DNA from: Planctomycetota bacterium
GTDB lineage: Bacteria; Planctomycetota; UBA1135
Direction of reading: 5' to 3'
NCBI GenBank assembly: GCA_030749235.1
Contig: JASMKM010000013.1
Coordinates: 41,717-105,716 of the forward strand
Length of the DNA stretch: 64,000 nucleotides
Under the pieces are notes generated by a model. That model saw nothing but the letters and a program-made list of their open reading frames with translations. It did no database searches and had not been told where the DNA came from. Positions 35,643-45,384 of this stretch are shown here, in pieces (position 1 is the first letter of the stretch; each line of letters begins with the position of its first letter). A program made the translations under genes and the position numbers.

Positions 35643-35878
35643 AGCCCACCCAAAGTCTGACCCTGCTACTTGCAGTCTTTACCCTCGGTGCATGTGGCGG
35701 CCTTGGAACGCGTGGATGCGAGGCATGTCGCGAGCATGCCATGGAAATCGGTCGAGAATCCGAGGCATTAAACGCGCTCGGTTATGCCGAGTTCCCGGAG
35801 GCCGAGCCACCGCATTATGAGCACGATGGTCGCAGCCAGAAGGAACGCGACCTAGAAGTCATCGGCCGCAAGAACTGA
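35639..35878 (+). CDS. Small lipoprotein, hypothetical
   Basis: Lipobox FTLGAC. The start overlaps the rnd stop (ATGA). 79 aa. Confidence 0.5.
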   Translation: MKPTQSLTLLLAVFTLGACGGLGTRGCEACREHAMEIGRESEALNALGYAEFPEAEPPHYEHDGRSQKERDLEVIGRKN

Positions 35879-35929
35879 ACGGCCTTGCCGCACGACTCGA
35901 CCGGCTTCAAAGGCCGTTGCGCAAAGCTG

Positions 35930-36907
35930 CTAACAATAGGCCGCCGCCGCTAAGCCACGCTCCAGCATCGCGCGATCCAGACCGTGACCGATAAACACGA
36001 CCTCGGTGGTGGCTTCGCTTTCCTCCGGCCAAGGCAGGTCGGCCTCGACCGAGTAGAGGTCATAGACACCTTGCAGCAGGCAGCGATAAGGAATTCCCTG
36101 GATATTAAGGAAGCCCTTGTAGCGCACCAGCTTGTCACCGAATTGCTGCACGCAGGCATCTAGCCAGAGCCGTGCCTTCAACTCATCCAAGGGGGCGCCG
36201 CTGCGTAGGCTGATTGAGGAGATACCGCTGTGATGCGCCTCATGGGCGGCGGCGGCCACCTCGGCCAACGGCACCGCTCGCTCACGCGCCTGCAGAACTT
36301 CGTGCAGTGGTACGTCTGCGTTGGTGGTCGGCAGGATTGGCGCAGTGGGATTCAACGTACGCAGATCCACAAGTGCCTGCTCCTTGGCCTTTTCGCGGAC
36401 CAGATCGGTCTTGTTCAATACCAGCAGGTCCGCCAGGGCGATCTGCTCGACCGCCGAACGTGCGGTCACCGCGTGGTAGAGGTTGGCGGCGTCGGTCAAA
36501 GTGACGACCGACTCAACTTGGTAGTAAGTGGCGATGTCGTCTTCCAACAGAAAGGTACGCAGCAGCGGCGCCGGTTCGGCGATGCCGGTGGTTTCGATGA
36601 TTACACGGTCGAAACGCCTGCGCCGAAAAGTCGGTAGGCGGCGCTTGCGAAGGGCCAAGAGGCTGTCTACGAGGTCGCCGCGGACGGTGCAGCACACACA
36701 ACCATTCGACAACTCCACGACGTTGTCATCGGAACGCACTACCAGCCTGTCGTCGATACCGATTTCGCCGAACTCATTGACCAGGACCGCATATCGGGTT
36801 CCCTGGTCGTTGGCGAGCAATCGGTTCAAGAGTGTGGTCTTTCCAGCGCCGAGCCAACCGGACAACAAAGTGACCGGTGTGACGAGAGCATTGTTCTCCT
36901 GCGACAT
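35930..36907 (-). CDS. COG0523 (CobW/YjiA/ZigA-like) G3E GTPase metallochaperone
   Basis: Walker A GWLGAGKTTLLN, CxCC motif GCVCCT, ETTGIAEP, NKTD, and a C-terminal CobW_C-like domain. Confidence 0.9.
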   Translation of the reverse strand: MSQENNALVTPVTLLSGWLGAGKTTLLNRLLANDQGTRYAVLVNEFGEIGIDDRLVVRSDDNVVELSNGCVCCTVRGDLVDSLLALRKRRLPTFRRRRFDRVIIETTGIAEPAPLLRTFLLEDDIATYYQVESVVTLTDAANLYHAVTARSAVEQIALADLLVLNKTDLVREKAKEQALVDLRTLNPTAPILPTTNADVPLHEVLQARERAVPLAEVAAAAHEAHHSGISSISLRSGAPLDELKARLWLDACVQQFGDKLVRYKGFLNIQGIPYRCLLQGVYDLYSVEADLPWPEESEATTEVVFIGHGLDRAMLERGLAAAAYC

Positions 36908-37025
36908 TTCCCACAGGATACTGATAACGGTGACTGGAGGAGGCGATAAACTTGTTGCCAGCGAAGAGCCTTGGAAGGCAGTAAATCAGGATTCAAGTCT
37001 GGATCCGAAAAGCAGCCTGCCCATT

Positions 37026-37037
37026 CTTTTCGAAAAG
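37026..37037. promoter_or_regulatory. Perfect 12-bp palindrome CTTTTCGAAAAG in the divergent COG0523/cupin intergenic region (possible operator)
   Basis: The self-complementary sequence is read directly. It lies between divergent genes, 59 nt upstream of the cupin TTG. Confidence 0.3.
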
Positions 37038-37095
37038 CGTTCTCCCCGATGCGGTCACCCGTCGTGCCAACATCGAAGCCGGGCGGCGCTTCGTT

Positions 37096-37692
37096 TTGCC
37101 AAATGACATCATAGAGCAAGCCAACCTGAGTAGCTCGTGGACCGCTGAACTTGTCGCCAAGCTTCATGAGGCCATGCCTGCCACCAACGACACCGACCGC
37201 CGCGAACAGGTTAGGGCAGCACTTGCGGAGCAGATCGGAATCGAAACATGCCTACAGCACCCCGACACGCTGGAGGCCCCAGCCGCTTCTTATGGCCGCC
37301 GCCTTCTTTACCGAGATCCTGGCGGCGCCTTCACCGTGGTTTTGATGATCTGGGGTGGAGGGCAAGGAACACCACTTCATGACCACGCCGGATTGTGGGT
37401 CGTCGAGGCTGTTTGCCTTGGCACCATCACCGTGGAGAGTTACAAGAGGAAGCCCGCCCGCGCCGATGGTTCTGGTCTCCACGATTTCGACAAGGTGCTG
37501 ACTGTCGAGGCCGGTATCGGCGAGACGGAGGCCCTCATCCCGCCTTTCGATTATCACACAATTCACAATCACCACGACAAGACGGCGGCGACCATTCACG
37601 TCTACGGCGGCGACTTGACCGAGTGCAATATCTTCTTGCCGGAGGGCTCGGGATATCGACAGGAAGTGATGCCTTTGGCCTATTCCGACTGA
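37096..37692 (+). CDS. Cysteine dioxygenase type I-like cupin protein
   Basis: Cupin metal motif GQGTPLHDHAGLWVVEAV...TITVESY and HTIHNHHD. Start uncertain (TTG 37096 or ATG 37174). Confidence 0.65.
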   Translation: MPNDIIEQANLSSSWTAELVAKLHEAMPATNDTDRREQVRAALAEQIGIETCLQHPDTLEAPAASYGRRLLYRDPGGAFTVVLMIWGGGQGTPLHDHAGLWVVEAVCLGTITVESYKRKPARADGSGLHDFDKVLTVEAGIGETEALIPPFDYHTIHNHHDKTAATIHVYGGDLTECNIFLPEGSGYRQEVMPLAYSD

Positions 37693-37711
37693 GCGGCATT
37701 ACAATCCGCGC

Positions 37712-39946
37712 ATGACGTGCGGTCACCAGGGGTCCTTGTTCGGCGCGCCCGAAGGGCGGTACGCGCGCGTTGCGCTCGATACCCCAGTGCGCCGCGAGTT
37801 CTCCTATCACGTGCCTGATTCCTGCGAGCCGCTTGTCGCTGGCAGCCGCGTGCGCGTCCCTTTTGGTCGACGGGAAGGCCTCGGTGTGGTGGTCGGCGTC
37901 GATGAGCATCCGCCTTCCGATGTGCCGCCCGACCGCATCCGTTCGCTGAATGGCGTGCTTGATCCCGATCCACTGCTCACGCCTTCGCTGTTGCGCTTGG
38001 CTCATTCGATTGCCGACACCACCTACTGCTCGTGGGGGCAGGCGCTGGCGGCCATGCTGCCGGCGGCGTTGCGCCGCGATCGTCCGCGCCGCACCATCCC
38101 GGTGGTGGAGTTGGTCGAGATGCCAAGCGCTGAAGATCTCGAGAAGCTGGAGAAGTCCTATCCCAAGCAAGCGAAGGCCTTGGCTTACCTGGAGCGCGCC
38201 GGCGGTCCGATGGAGCTGCGTGAAGTTCGCAATCGCACCGGCCTGTCGCGTTCCCCGCTGGACACCTTGGCTAAGAAAGGCTTCGTCAAGTTCGGCCGAC
38301 GCAAGGAGTTCCTCGACCCCTTTTCCGACGTGCCGTTATTGCGCGACAAGCCGCCGCAACTGACTGATCCGCAGCAACACTGTGTGGATCGCTTGCTCGA
38401 GAGTCTCGAGACCCGCAAGCATCGCGATTACCTTTTGTTCGGCATTACTGGCTCCGGCAAGACCGAGGTCTATTTGCACGCCCTGGAACGTTGCCTGGGG
38501 CAAGACCGCGGTGCCATCGTGCTGGTGCCGGAGATCGCACTGACGCCACAGACCGTTTCGCGTTTTCGTGCACGTTGTGGCGAAGTTGCGGTGCTGCACT
38601 CGGGATTGACCGACGCTGAACGCCATGATCAATGGGTGGCGATCCGTGAAGGGCGATTGCGCGTTGTTGTGGGTGCACGCTCCGCCTTGTTTGCGCCGGT
38701 CGCCGACCTTGGCTTGATTATTGTCGATGAAGAACATGAGTCCTCCTTCAAGCAGGAATCCACGCCGCGCTATCACGCACGGGATGTAGCCCGTGAACGG
38801 GCACGCTTGGAGGATGCGGTCTGCGTATTGGGCAGTGCCACGCCGTCACTGGAATCTTGGGCAGCTGCACACGAGGAAGGAGGTCTAGTCAAACTGGAAC
38901 TGCGCGATCGGGTCGCTGGTGGCAAGCTGCCGGGCATCCAAGTGGTGGACATGCGGGTGCAGCAACCGGAGAAGGGAAAGTGGCTGGTGATGTCACAACC
39001 CCTGTGCGCAGCATTGGGCAAAGCGCTCGATAACGACGAGCGCGCCATTTTGTTCCTGAACCAGCGCGGTTACGCACCGGCATGGCATTGTCGTGCTTGC
39101 GGCGGCAGTGTGCATTGCAAGGCTTGCGACGTGGCACTCACCTATCACCGCTGGCGGCGTAAGGCGATTTGTCATTATTGCTTGCACGAGGAGGAGCCGC
39201 CGCAGATCTGCCCGAATTGCAAGGGGCCGGTGGACATGGTCGGCGTGGGTACCGAACGCGCCGAGGACACCGTCGAGCGCATGTTTCCGAAGGCACGCCT
39301 GGCGCGCATGGATCGCGACACCATGTTGCGACGCGAATCCTACGAGGAAGTTTTGAAGGCCTTCGGCTGCGGAGATTTCAATGTTCTACTCGGCACGCAG
39401 ATGGTGGCCAAGGGTTTGGACTTTCCCGAGGTCACCCTGGTTGGCGTATTGAATGCTGACACCGCATTGCACCACCCCGACTTCCGCGCTAGTGAGCGTT
39501 GCTTCAACCTGATTGCGCAGGTCGCCGGTCGTGCCGGCCGTAGCGACCGTGGTGGCAAGGTGGTGGTGCAGACCTGGATGCCGGAACACCCGGCATTGAT
39601 GGCAGCCAAGAACCACGACTACGTCGGCTTCGCCAGGGCCGAGCTCGCTGAGCGCAAGTTGTTCGGATTCCCGCCCTTCGGTGCAGCGATTCGCTTGAGC
39701 TTCGAGGCAGAGCATCGAAGTCGGGTAGAGGAGACCGCCAGCGCCGCTGCGCAGGCACTACTTGCCGCGGCCAACGGTGCACCCGACATCAAGATCCTTG
39801 GACCGGCCGCACCGCCGGTGGAAAAGATTCGCGGGCGTATCCGCAGGCAGATCCTGATTCGCACTAGCCGCAGCGGACTGACCCAGATTCGCGAGGTGCT
39901 CTTCGACTTATGTCAGAAGCAGGGCATCACCGTTGACCCCCTGTAG
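37712..39946 (+). CDS. priA: Primosomal protein N' (replication restart helicase PriA)
   Basis: Walker A GITGSGKTEVY, DEEHE, the Cys-rich zinc-binding insert CRACGGSVHCKACD...CHYC...CPNC, and C-terminal helicase motifs. Confidence 0.92.
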   Translation: MTCGHQGSLFGAPEGRYARVALDTPVRREFSYHVPDSCEPLVAGSRVRVPFGRREGLGVVVGVDEHPPSDVPPDRIRSLNGVLDPDPLLTPSLLRLAHSIADTTYCSWGQALAAMLPAALRRDRPRRTIPVVELVEMPSAEDLEKLEKSYPKQAKALAYLERAGGPMELREVRNRTGLSRSPLDTLAKKGFVKFGRRKEFLDPFSDVPLLRDKPPQLTDPQQHCVDRLLESLETRKHRDYLLFGITGSGKTEVYLHALERCLGQDRGAIVLVPEIALTPQTVSRFRARCGEVAVLHSGLTDAERHDQWVAIREGRLRVVVGARSALFAPVADLGLIIVDEEHESSFKQESTPRYHARDVARERARLEDAVCVLGSATPSLESWAAAHEEGGLVKLELRDRVAGGKLPGIQVVDMRVQQPEKGKWLVMSQPLCAALGKALDNDERAILFLNQRGYAPAWHCRACGGSVHCKACDVALTYHRWRRKAICHYCLHEEEPPQICPNCKGPVDMVGVGTERAEDTVERMFPKARLARMDRDTMLRRESYEEVLKAFGCGDFNVLLGTQMVAKGLDFPEVTLVGVLNADTALHHPDFRASERCFNLIAQVAGRAGRSDRGGKVVVQTWMPEHPALMAAKNHDYVGFARAELAERKLFGFPPFGAAIRLSFEAEHRSRVEETASAAAQALLAAANGAPDIKILGPAAPPVEKIRGRIRRQILIRTSRSGLTQIREVLFDLCQKQGITVDPL

Positions 39947-40026
39947 GGGGAGTCAGCAGGCTAGCCTACGTCGAAGCAGGTGTGGTCAGGTCACGCCACG
40001 CTACGCGTTGTGGTTCCCCTAATGAT

Positions 40027-41697
40027 TTATTCCACACCGGTGATGGTGCCGTCCTCGAGTAGGTCGATTTCGTTGGCTGCGGGAACACGAGGCAAGCCAG
40101 GCATGCGGAAGATTTCGCCAGTGATGACCACCAGGAAGCCGGCACCGGCGTTGATCTCGATGCGGCGGATGGTAATCGTGAAGTTGGTCGGACGCCCATA
40201 CTTCTTCGGGTCGTCGGATAGGGATCCAGGCACCTTGGCGATGCAGATTGGTAGGTTGCCGTAGCCAAGTTCTTCCGCGCGCTTGATTTGGCGGTGCGCC
40301 AAACCGTCGAACTCGACATCCTTGGCACCATAGACCTTCAAGGCTACCGAGCGAATCTTCTCTTCGACTGGGGCATCCAACTCATAAACCGGTTGCAGTG
40401 GATTTGGCTCGGTATCGGCGGCCTTCATCACGGCCTTGGCAAGATCCACGGCACCTGGTCCACCTTCGGCGTGATGGGTGGAGGCGGCGAAGCCGATGCC
40501 GAGCTCCTCGCAACGCTGACGCACCATCTCAATCTCCTCGGGCGTGTCGGTGGCGAACTGGTTCAGTGCTACAACCGCAGGCTTGCCATACATACGCATG
40601 TTCTCAACATGCTTATCGAGGTTTGGCAGGCCTTCCTTGACCGCATCGGCATTGGGTGCATCCAACTCCTTCACCGGTACGCCGCCGTGCATCTTCAACG
40701 CGCGGATGGTTGCGACCAGGACGATAGCGTCGGGATTTAGCTCTGCCGAACGGCATTTGATGTCGAGGAACTTCTCGGCACCCAGGTCGGCGCCGAAGCC
40801 GGCTTCGGTGATGGTCCAGTCGGCGAAGTGCATCGCCATGCGCGTGGCGATCACCGAGTTGCAACCATGCGCGATATTCGCGAAGGGGCCGCCATGGATG
40901 AAGGCGGGCGTGCCGTTGAAGGTTTGCACCAGGTTCGGGTTCATCGCATCGCGCAGCAGTGCCATCATCGCGCCGACCCCATCCATCTGCTCGGCAAAGA
41001 CCGCAGTGTTGTCACGGGTGTAGCCGACCACGGTCCGGTTGAGGCGATCGCGGAGGTCGTTGGCATCCTTGGCCAGGCACAACATCGCCATCACTTCCGA
41101 TGCCGCAGTGATGTCGAAGCCGCACTCTCGTGGCACGCCTTGGCCCGGACCACCGAGGCCGGTGACATTGCGACGCAGCGCACGATCGTTCATGTCGAGC
41201 ACGCGTGGCCAAGTAATCTTGCGCTGGTCGATGCCTAACTTGTTACCGAAGTGCAGGTGGTTGTCGATTAATGCGGCGAGCAGGTTGTGCGCGCTGGTAA
41301 TCGCATGAAAGTCGCCGGTAAAGTGCAGGTTGATGCGATCCAACGGCATGACCTGACTATGGCCACCGCCGCAAGCCCCACCCTTCATGCCCATACAGGG
41401 ACCGAGGCTTGGTTCACGCAGGGCCAAGCAGGCAGACTCCCGCAACTCGGTGAAGGCCTGCGCCAGTCCAATCGACGTGGTGGTCTTGCCTTCACCCGCC
41501 GGAGTGGGGGTAATCGCCGACACCAGGATCAGCTTTTGCTTTTTGCGTTTCCGCGGCTTGTCCAAGGCCTTAATGTCAACCTTGGCAATCTCTCGACCAT
41601 AAGGCAACAGGTCATCCTTGGAGACGCCGAGCGTATCCGCGATCTCGTGGATCGGGCGCGCGGTATATTGGCGGGCAATCAGTACGTCAGTTGTCAT
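40027..41697 (-). CDS. fhs: Formate--tetrahydrofolate ligase
   Basis: PTPAGEGKTTTSIGL P-loop and full-length collinearity with FTHFS. Start moved to ATG 41697 (MTTDVLIARQ). Confidence 0.95.
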   Translation of the reverse strand: MTTDVLIARQYTARPIHEIADTLGVSKDDLLPYGREIAKVDIKALDKPRKRKKQKLILVSAITPTPAGEGKTTTSIGLAQAFTELRESACLALREPSLGPCMGMKGGACGGGHSQVMPLDRINLHFTGDFHAITSAHNLLAALIDNHLHFGNKLGIDQRKITWPRVLDMNDRALRRNVTGLGGPGQGVPRECGFDITAASEVMAMLCLAKDANDLRDRLNRTVVGYTRDNTAVFAEQMDGVGAMMALLRDAMNPNLVQTFNGTPAFIHGGPFANIAHGCNSVIATRMAMHFADWTITEAGFGADLGAEKFLDIKCRSAELNPDAIVLVATIRALKMHGGVPVKELDAPNADAVKEGLPNLDKHVENMRMYGKPAVVALNQFATDTPEEIEMVRQRCEELGIGFAASTHHAEGGPGAVDLAKAVMKAADTEPNPLQPVYELDAPVEEKIRSVALKVYGAKDVEFDGLAHRQIKRAEELGYGNLPICIAKVPGSLSDDPKKYGRPTNFTITIRRIEINAGAGFLVVITGEIFRMPGLPRVPAANEIDLLEDGTITGVE

Positions 41698-41790
41698 GAG
41701 GAGCGGAAGTCTAGCTGCTTTCCGCGACCACGGGAACTGCTTCGCCTTCCGGCGAATCATGGCATCGCCGCGCCGAATCCGGATGACGGA

Positions 41791-43851
41791 TTATTTCATC
41801 CTGTCGGTCAGGTCCACAGCCTCGCCACCGTTCGCGACGGCCAACTCCGCAAGGAAACTCGCCTGCGCTGAACCGGCCGCGATGGTGTGGAAGCGGATGC
41901 GTCGGTTGCGATTGGAGCGCTCCAGCTTCTGCAGGATGGCATCCGGCGCGGTGATTGGGCCAATGGTCGGATCGCCGTCGGTTAACAGGTAGACCGTCTG
42001 CGTTTCGGCGAAGGATAACGATGTCATCAGGGCATCATGCAGGTTGGTTCCACCGCCGGGGGCCGCTTGCTCAAGGAAGCCTTGTGCCGAAAGAAGGTTG
42101 TCTGCATCTGCGGCCACCAACTCCTCACGCCACGTCTTCACGCTGTTAGAGAACAGTACGATGTTGAATCGCGTATCGGTCGGGAGATTCGCGATGGTCT
42201 CATCCAAGACATTGGCGAAGTATTGATAGTAGGTTTGGCTATCGTCGAAGCGAGTCGACATCGAATCGCTCACGTCAAGGACGAAGACCAGGCCTTCCTG
42301 TGCGACGTTAAGACCGTGGTAGGTGTTGCGCACCATCGAATGGTTATTCTCTTCATGGTTAGCCTTGCGATTGCGCAACATGGTGGCCGCCGTCTTCTCC
42401 GAGGGCAACTGATAGAACTCAGGCCGTGCGTCCAGCCACGCCGCCCAAGCCTCACCGCTAGGGCCGACGTCCTCACCACTGAGTAGGGTCAAGCAATGAA
42501 CCGCATCCTCGCGCACACGCCCTTGTTCAGTGGTGGCGAGTTCTACCAAGGCGGCCAAAGAGCTGGTACGGCGGAAGGCGAGCATGCTCTCGGTCGCCAT
42601 CGAACGCACCGGCCAAGCATCATCCTGCAGCAGCTTGCAGGTGGCCTCGTAAGCCGGATTGGATTGTGAAAATCGGCGCAGCACATGGGCAGCCTGCACA
42701 CGTTCGGCGGTATGGTCACTCGCGGCCAGCTCGAGGATGCGCGGCTCGGCGCGGCTTGGCAGGTTCCCGATGGCGGCCAGCGCCCACATCGCATCGCTGC
42801 GTACCCGCGTATCGCTGCTGTCCAGGCGCGCAATCAAGATGTCACGGATGGAGTCCGAACCGGATTTGACTAGGCCTTCCATCGCTAGGTCGCGCACCTT
42901 CGGGTCTTCATGCTCAAGCAGTTCTGTCAATACCGGCTCACATACGGTTGGCATGTCGGCAGCGACGTTGGCGATGACGTCGGTGCAGACTCGCGTCAGA
43001 TCGTGGTCCTCGGCTTGGATGCCGCGCTTAATCAAGGCTTCTACTTCAATGCGCGATTTGGCACGTTGCAGCCCTGCGGCGATGTCGTCTCGGAACATCA
43101 AGTTCGAGGCGTCGAACCAGGCTTCAATCAGCAACAGGTAACTGTTCGCTCCGCCTAGATAGCCTAAGGCTTGAATGGAATCGCGACGTAGCTGCAGATC
43201 AGAGCTCTCCAACCCATTTTTCAGGTAGCGGGCAGCCTCACTGAGTCGCAGCTTCCCAACACCGAAGGCACCTGCCGAGGCCAACACAGAATTCTTGGAC
43301 TTGACTGCCTTCAGGACCGCCTTTTCAAGGCCAGGCACGTCATTGGTAAGCAGGCCGCGAAGGACTTCACCACGGATCATCAGGTTGGGTTCAACCACCA
43401 AGCGCACGTCGCGTAGGAAAATCAGGTGGTCGTTCCCGGCAAGCAGAAGGTCGCGGCAAGCTTGACGACGCACGATCTCAGAGCGGCGGTGGGCGGCCAG
43501 CAGGCGCAACTGTTGGTTGGCATAGTTGGAGTTTGCCAAGTAAACCGCATGGACTGCGGCCATCTGTTGTGCGCCCTCGAGCTTTTGCACCATCCCGACC
43601 AGGGCTTCCACCGCTTGGTCGGTGCCGAGGCGACCGATCTCATGGATGCGAGCCACGCAAATGCGCGTGTCGGCTCCGCTGCGGCGCAGATGTTTCAGGT
43701 CTCCAAGCTGGTCGGCCAGCGTCATCGGCAGCAGCTCGCCCTGCTGAGCCATTGCGGCGGGGACGGCCCAAACCAAGGCCACAGCCTCAGGCCCTACAGC
43801 TAGGCTGCAGGCGGCGCTAAGAGCAAGTGTGGCAAGGGATTTAGGCATCAC
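41791..43851 (-). CDS. Secreted HEAT-repeat + von Willebrand factor A (VWA) domain protein
   Basis: Signal peptide, many HEAT/PBS-lyase-like repeats (e.g. DPKVRDLAMEGL, DTRVRSDAMWAL, AWPVRSMATESM), and a C-terminal VWA domain with MIDAS motif VLDVSDSMS. Confidence 0.75.
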   Translation of the reverse strand: MMPKSLATLALSAACSLAVGPEAVALVWAVPAAMAQQGELLPMTLADQLGDLKHLRRSGADTRICVARIHEIGRLGTDQAVEALVGMVQKLEGAQQMAAVHAVYLANSNYANQQLRLLAAHRRSEIVRRQACRDLLLAGNDHLIFLRDVRLVVEPNLMIRGEVLRGLLTNDVPGLEKAVLKAVKSKNSVLASAGAFGVGKLRLSEAARYLKNGLESSDLQLRRDSIQALGYLGGANSYLLLIEAWFDASNLMFRDDIAAGLQRAKSRIEVEALIKRGIQAEDHDLTRVCTDVIANVAADMPTVCEPVLTELLEHEDPKVRDLAMEGLVKSGSDSIRDILIARLDSSDTRVRSDAMWALAAIGNLPSRAEPRILELAASDHTAERVQAAHVLRRFSQSNPAYEATCKLLQDDAWPVRSMATESMLAFRRTSSLAALVELATTEQGRVREDAVHCLTLLSGEDVGPSGEAWAAWLDARPEFYQLPSEKTAATMLRNRKANHEENNHSMVRNTYHGLNVAQEGLVFVLDVSDSMSTRFDDSQTYYQYFANVLDETIANLPTDTRFNIVLFSNSVKTWREELVAADADNLLSAQGFLEQAAPGGGTNLHDALMTSLSFAETQTVYLLTDGDPTIGPITAPDAILQKLERSNRNRRIRFHTIAAGSAQASFLAELAVANGGEAVDLTDRMK

Positions 43852-43963
43852 AGCAATTGCAGTTTACTACCCGGACGAGACCCGGTTGCACCAAGACATT
43901 CTTCGGCCATCGGAGAGGGTTCGATAAAATACTCCACTTCTCCGAAATAAGGAGCGCCGTGTC

Positions 43964-45361
43964 ATGTTCAAGCCTACAACCATCATTGAGCCCTTCCGCG
44001 TGAAGGTCGTCGAACCTTTGCCGGTCCGGACTCGTGAACAGCGAACCGTGGCCCTGAAAGTGGCAAAGCTTAACCTCTTTTCGGTTCATGCGGACCAGGT
44101 CACCATTGATTTGATGACGGATTCTGGGACTTCTGCCATGAGTCAGGAGCAATGGGCCGCCATTATGCGTGGCGATGAGTCCTACGCTGGCGCGCGATCC
44201 TTCTTCCGCTTCGAGGAGACCGTCAAGCAGCTGACCGGCATGAAGCACATCATCCCGGTGCACCAGGGCCGGGCGGCCGAGAAGATTCTCTTCACCGCCT
44301 TGGGTGGCAGCGGCAAGGTAATTCCCGCAAACACCCACTTCGACACCACCCGCGCTAACGTCGAAGCCAGCGGCGCAGAGGCACTCGACCTGGTGATCAA
44401 GGAAGGCCAATGCCCTGCGACCGAACACCCCTTCAAAGGCAATCTCGATACGGACGCCTTGACCAAGGTCTTGAGCGACCGCGGCAAGGACGTGCCAATG
44501 GTGGTGCTGACGGTCACCAACAACTCCGGTGGCGGTCAGCCGGTATCGCTCGAGAACATGAAAAAGGTGCGCGAAGTCTGTGACCGCTTCAAGGTGCCAC
44601 TGTTCCTTGATTGCGCGCGCTTCGCTGAGAACGCTTGGTTTATCAAGTTGCGCGAGGAAGGGCAGCAGCATCGCACGCCACGCGAAATCTCCGAGGAGAT
44701 GTTCCGCTTGGCCGATGGCGCCTGGATGTCGTCGAAGAAGGATGCCTTTGGCAACATCGGTGGTTTCCTTTCGCTGAAGGACAACGCCATCGCCGGTGAG
44801 TGCCGCAACATGTTAATCCTGACCGAAGGCTTCCCGACTTATGGTGGTCTTGCCGGACGTGACCTGGAGGCGCTATCAGTTGGCCTTGAGGAGGTGCTCC
44901 AAGAAGATTACCTCGAGTATCGCATCCGCAGTACCGAATATGTCTGGCGCCACTTGGATGAGGCCGGCGTGCCATTGCTGCGTCCTGCCGGCGGCCACGC
45001 CGTCTACTTGGATGCACGCGAATTCCTTCCCCATGTCCCTCCGGGCGAACTGCCTGGGCAATCGATCAGCGTGGCGATGTTCCTCGAAGGGGGAGTACGC
45101 GCCTGTGAGATCGGCACGGTGATGTTCGGTCACACCTTGCCCGACGGCACCCAAGAAGCCGGCCCGATGGACCTCGTGCGCTTGGCGATTCCACGTCGCG
45201 TCTACACGCAATCACATATGGATTACGTGATCGAGGCGGTGAGTTACGTTTTCGAGCGTCGCGATCGATTGGGTGGCTTGAAAATCACCGATGAGCCGTT
45301 GGCCCTGCGTCACTTCACCTGTGGATTCGAGCCGCTCGGCTGGGATCCATTCAAGGCTTAA
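43964..45361 (+). CDS. Beta-eliminating lyase (tryptophanase / tyrosine phenol-lyase family, PLP-dependent)
   Basis: EPFRVKVVEP, IDLMTDSGTSAMS, GDESYAG and HQGRAAE motifs. A PLP-lysine region (SSKKDAFGNIGG) is present. AAGGAG lies upstream. Confidence 0.9.
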   Translation: MFKPTTIIEPFRVKVVEPLPVRTREQRTVALKVAKLNLFSVHADQVTIDLMTDSGTSAMSQEQWAAIMRGDESYAGARSFFRFEETVKQLTGMKHIIPVHQGRAAEKILFTALGGSGKVIPANTHFDTTRANVEASGAEALDLVIKEGQCPATEHPFKGNLDTDALTKVLSDRGKDVPMVVLTVTNNSGGGQPVSLENMKKVREVCDRFKVPLFLDCARFAENAWFIKLREEGQQHRTPREISEEMFRLADGAWMSSKKDAFGNIGGFLSLKDNAIAGECRNMLILTEGFPTYGGLAGRDLEALSVGLEEVLQEDYLEYRIRSTEYVWRHLDEAGVPLLRPAGGHAVYLDAREFLPHVPPGELPGQSISVAMFLEGGVRACEIGTVMFGHTLPDGTQEAGPMDLVRLAIPRRVYTQSHMDYVIEAVSYVFERRDRLGGLKITDEPLALRHFTCGFEPLGWDPFKA

Positions 45362-45384
45362 TTCCTCGGAGCCTCCCTGGACGC

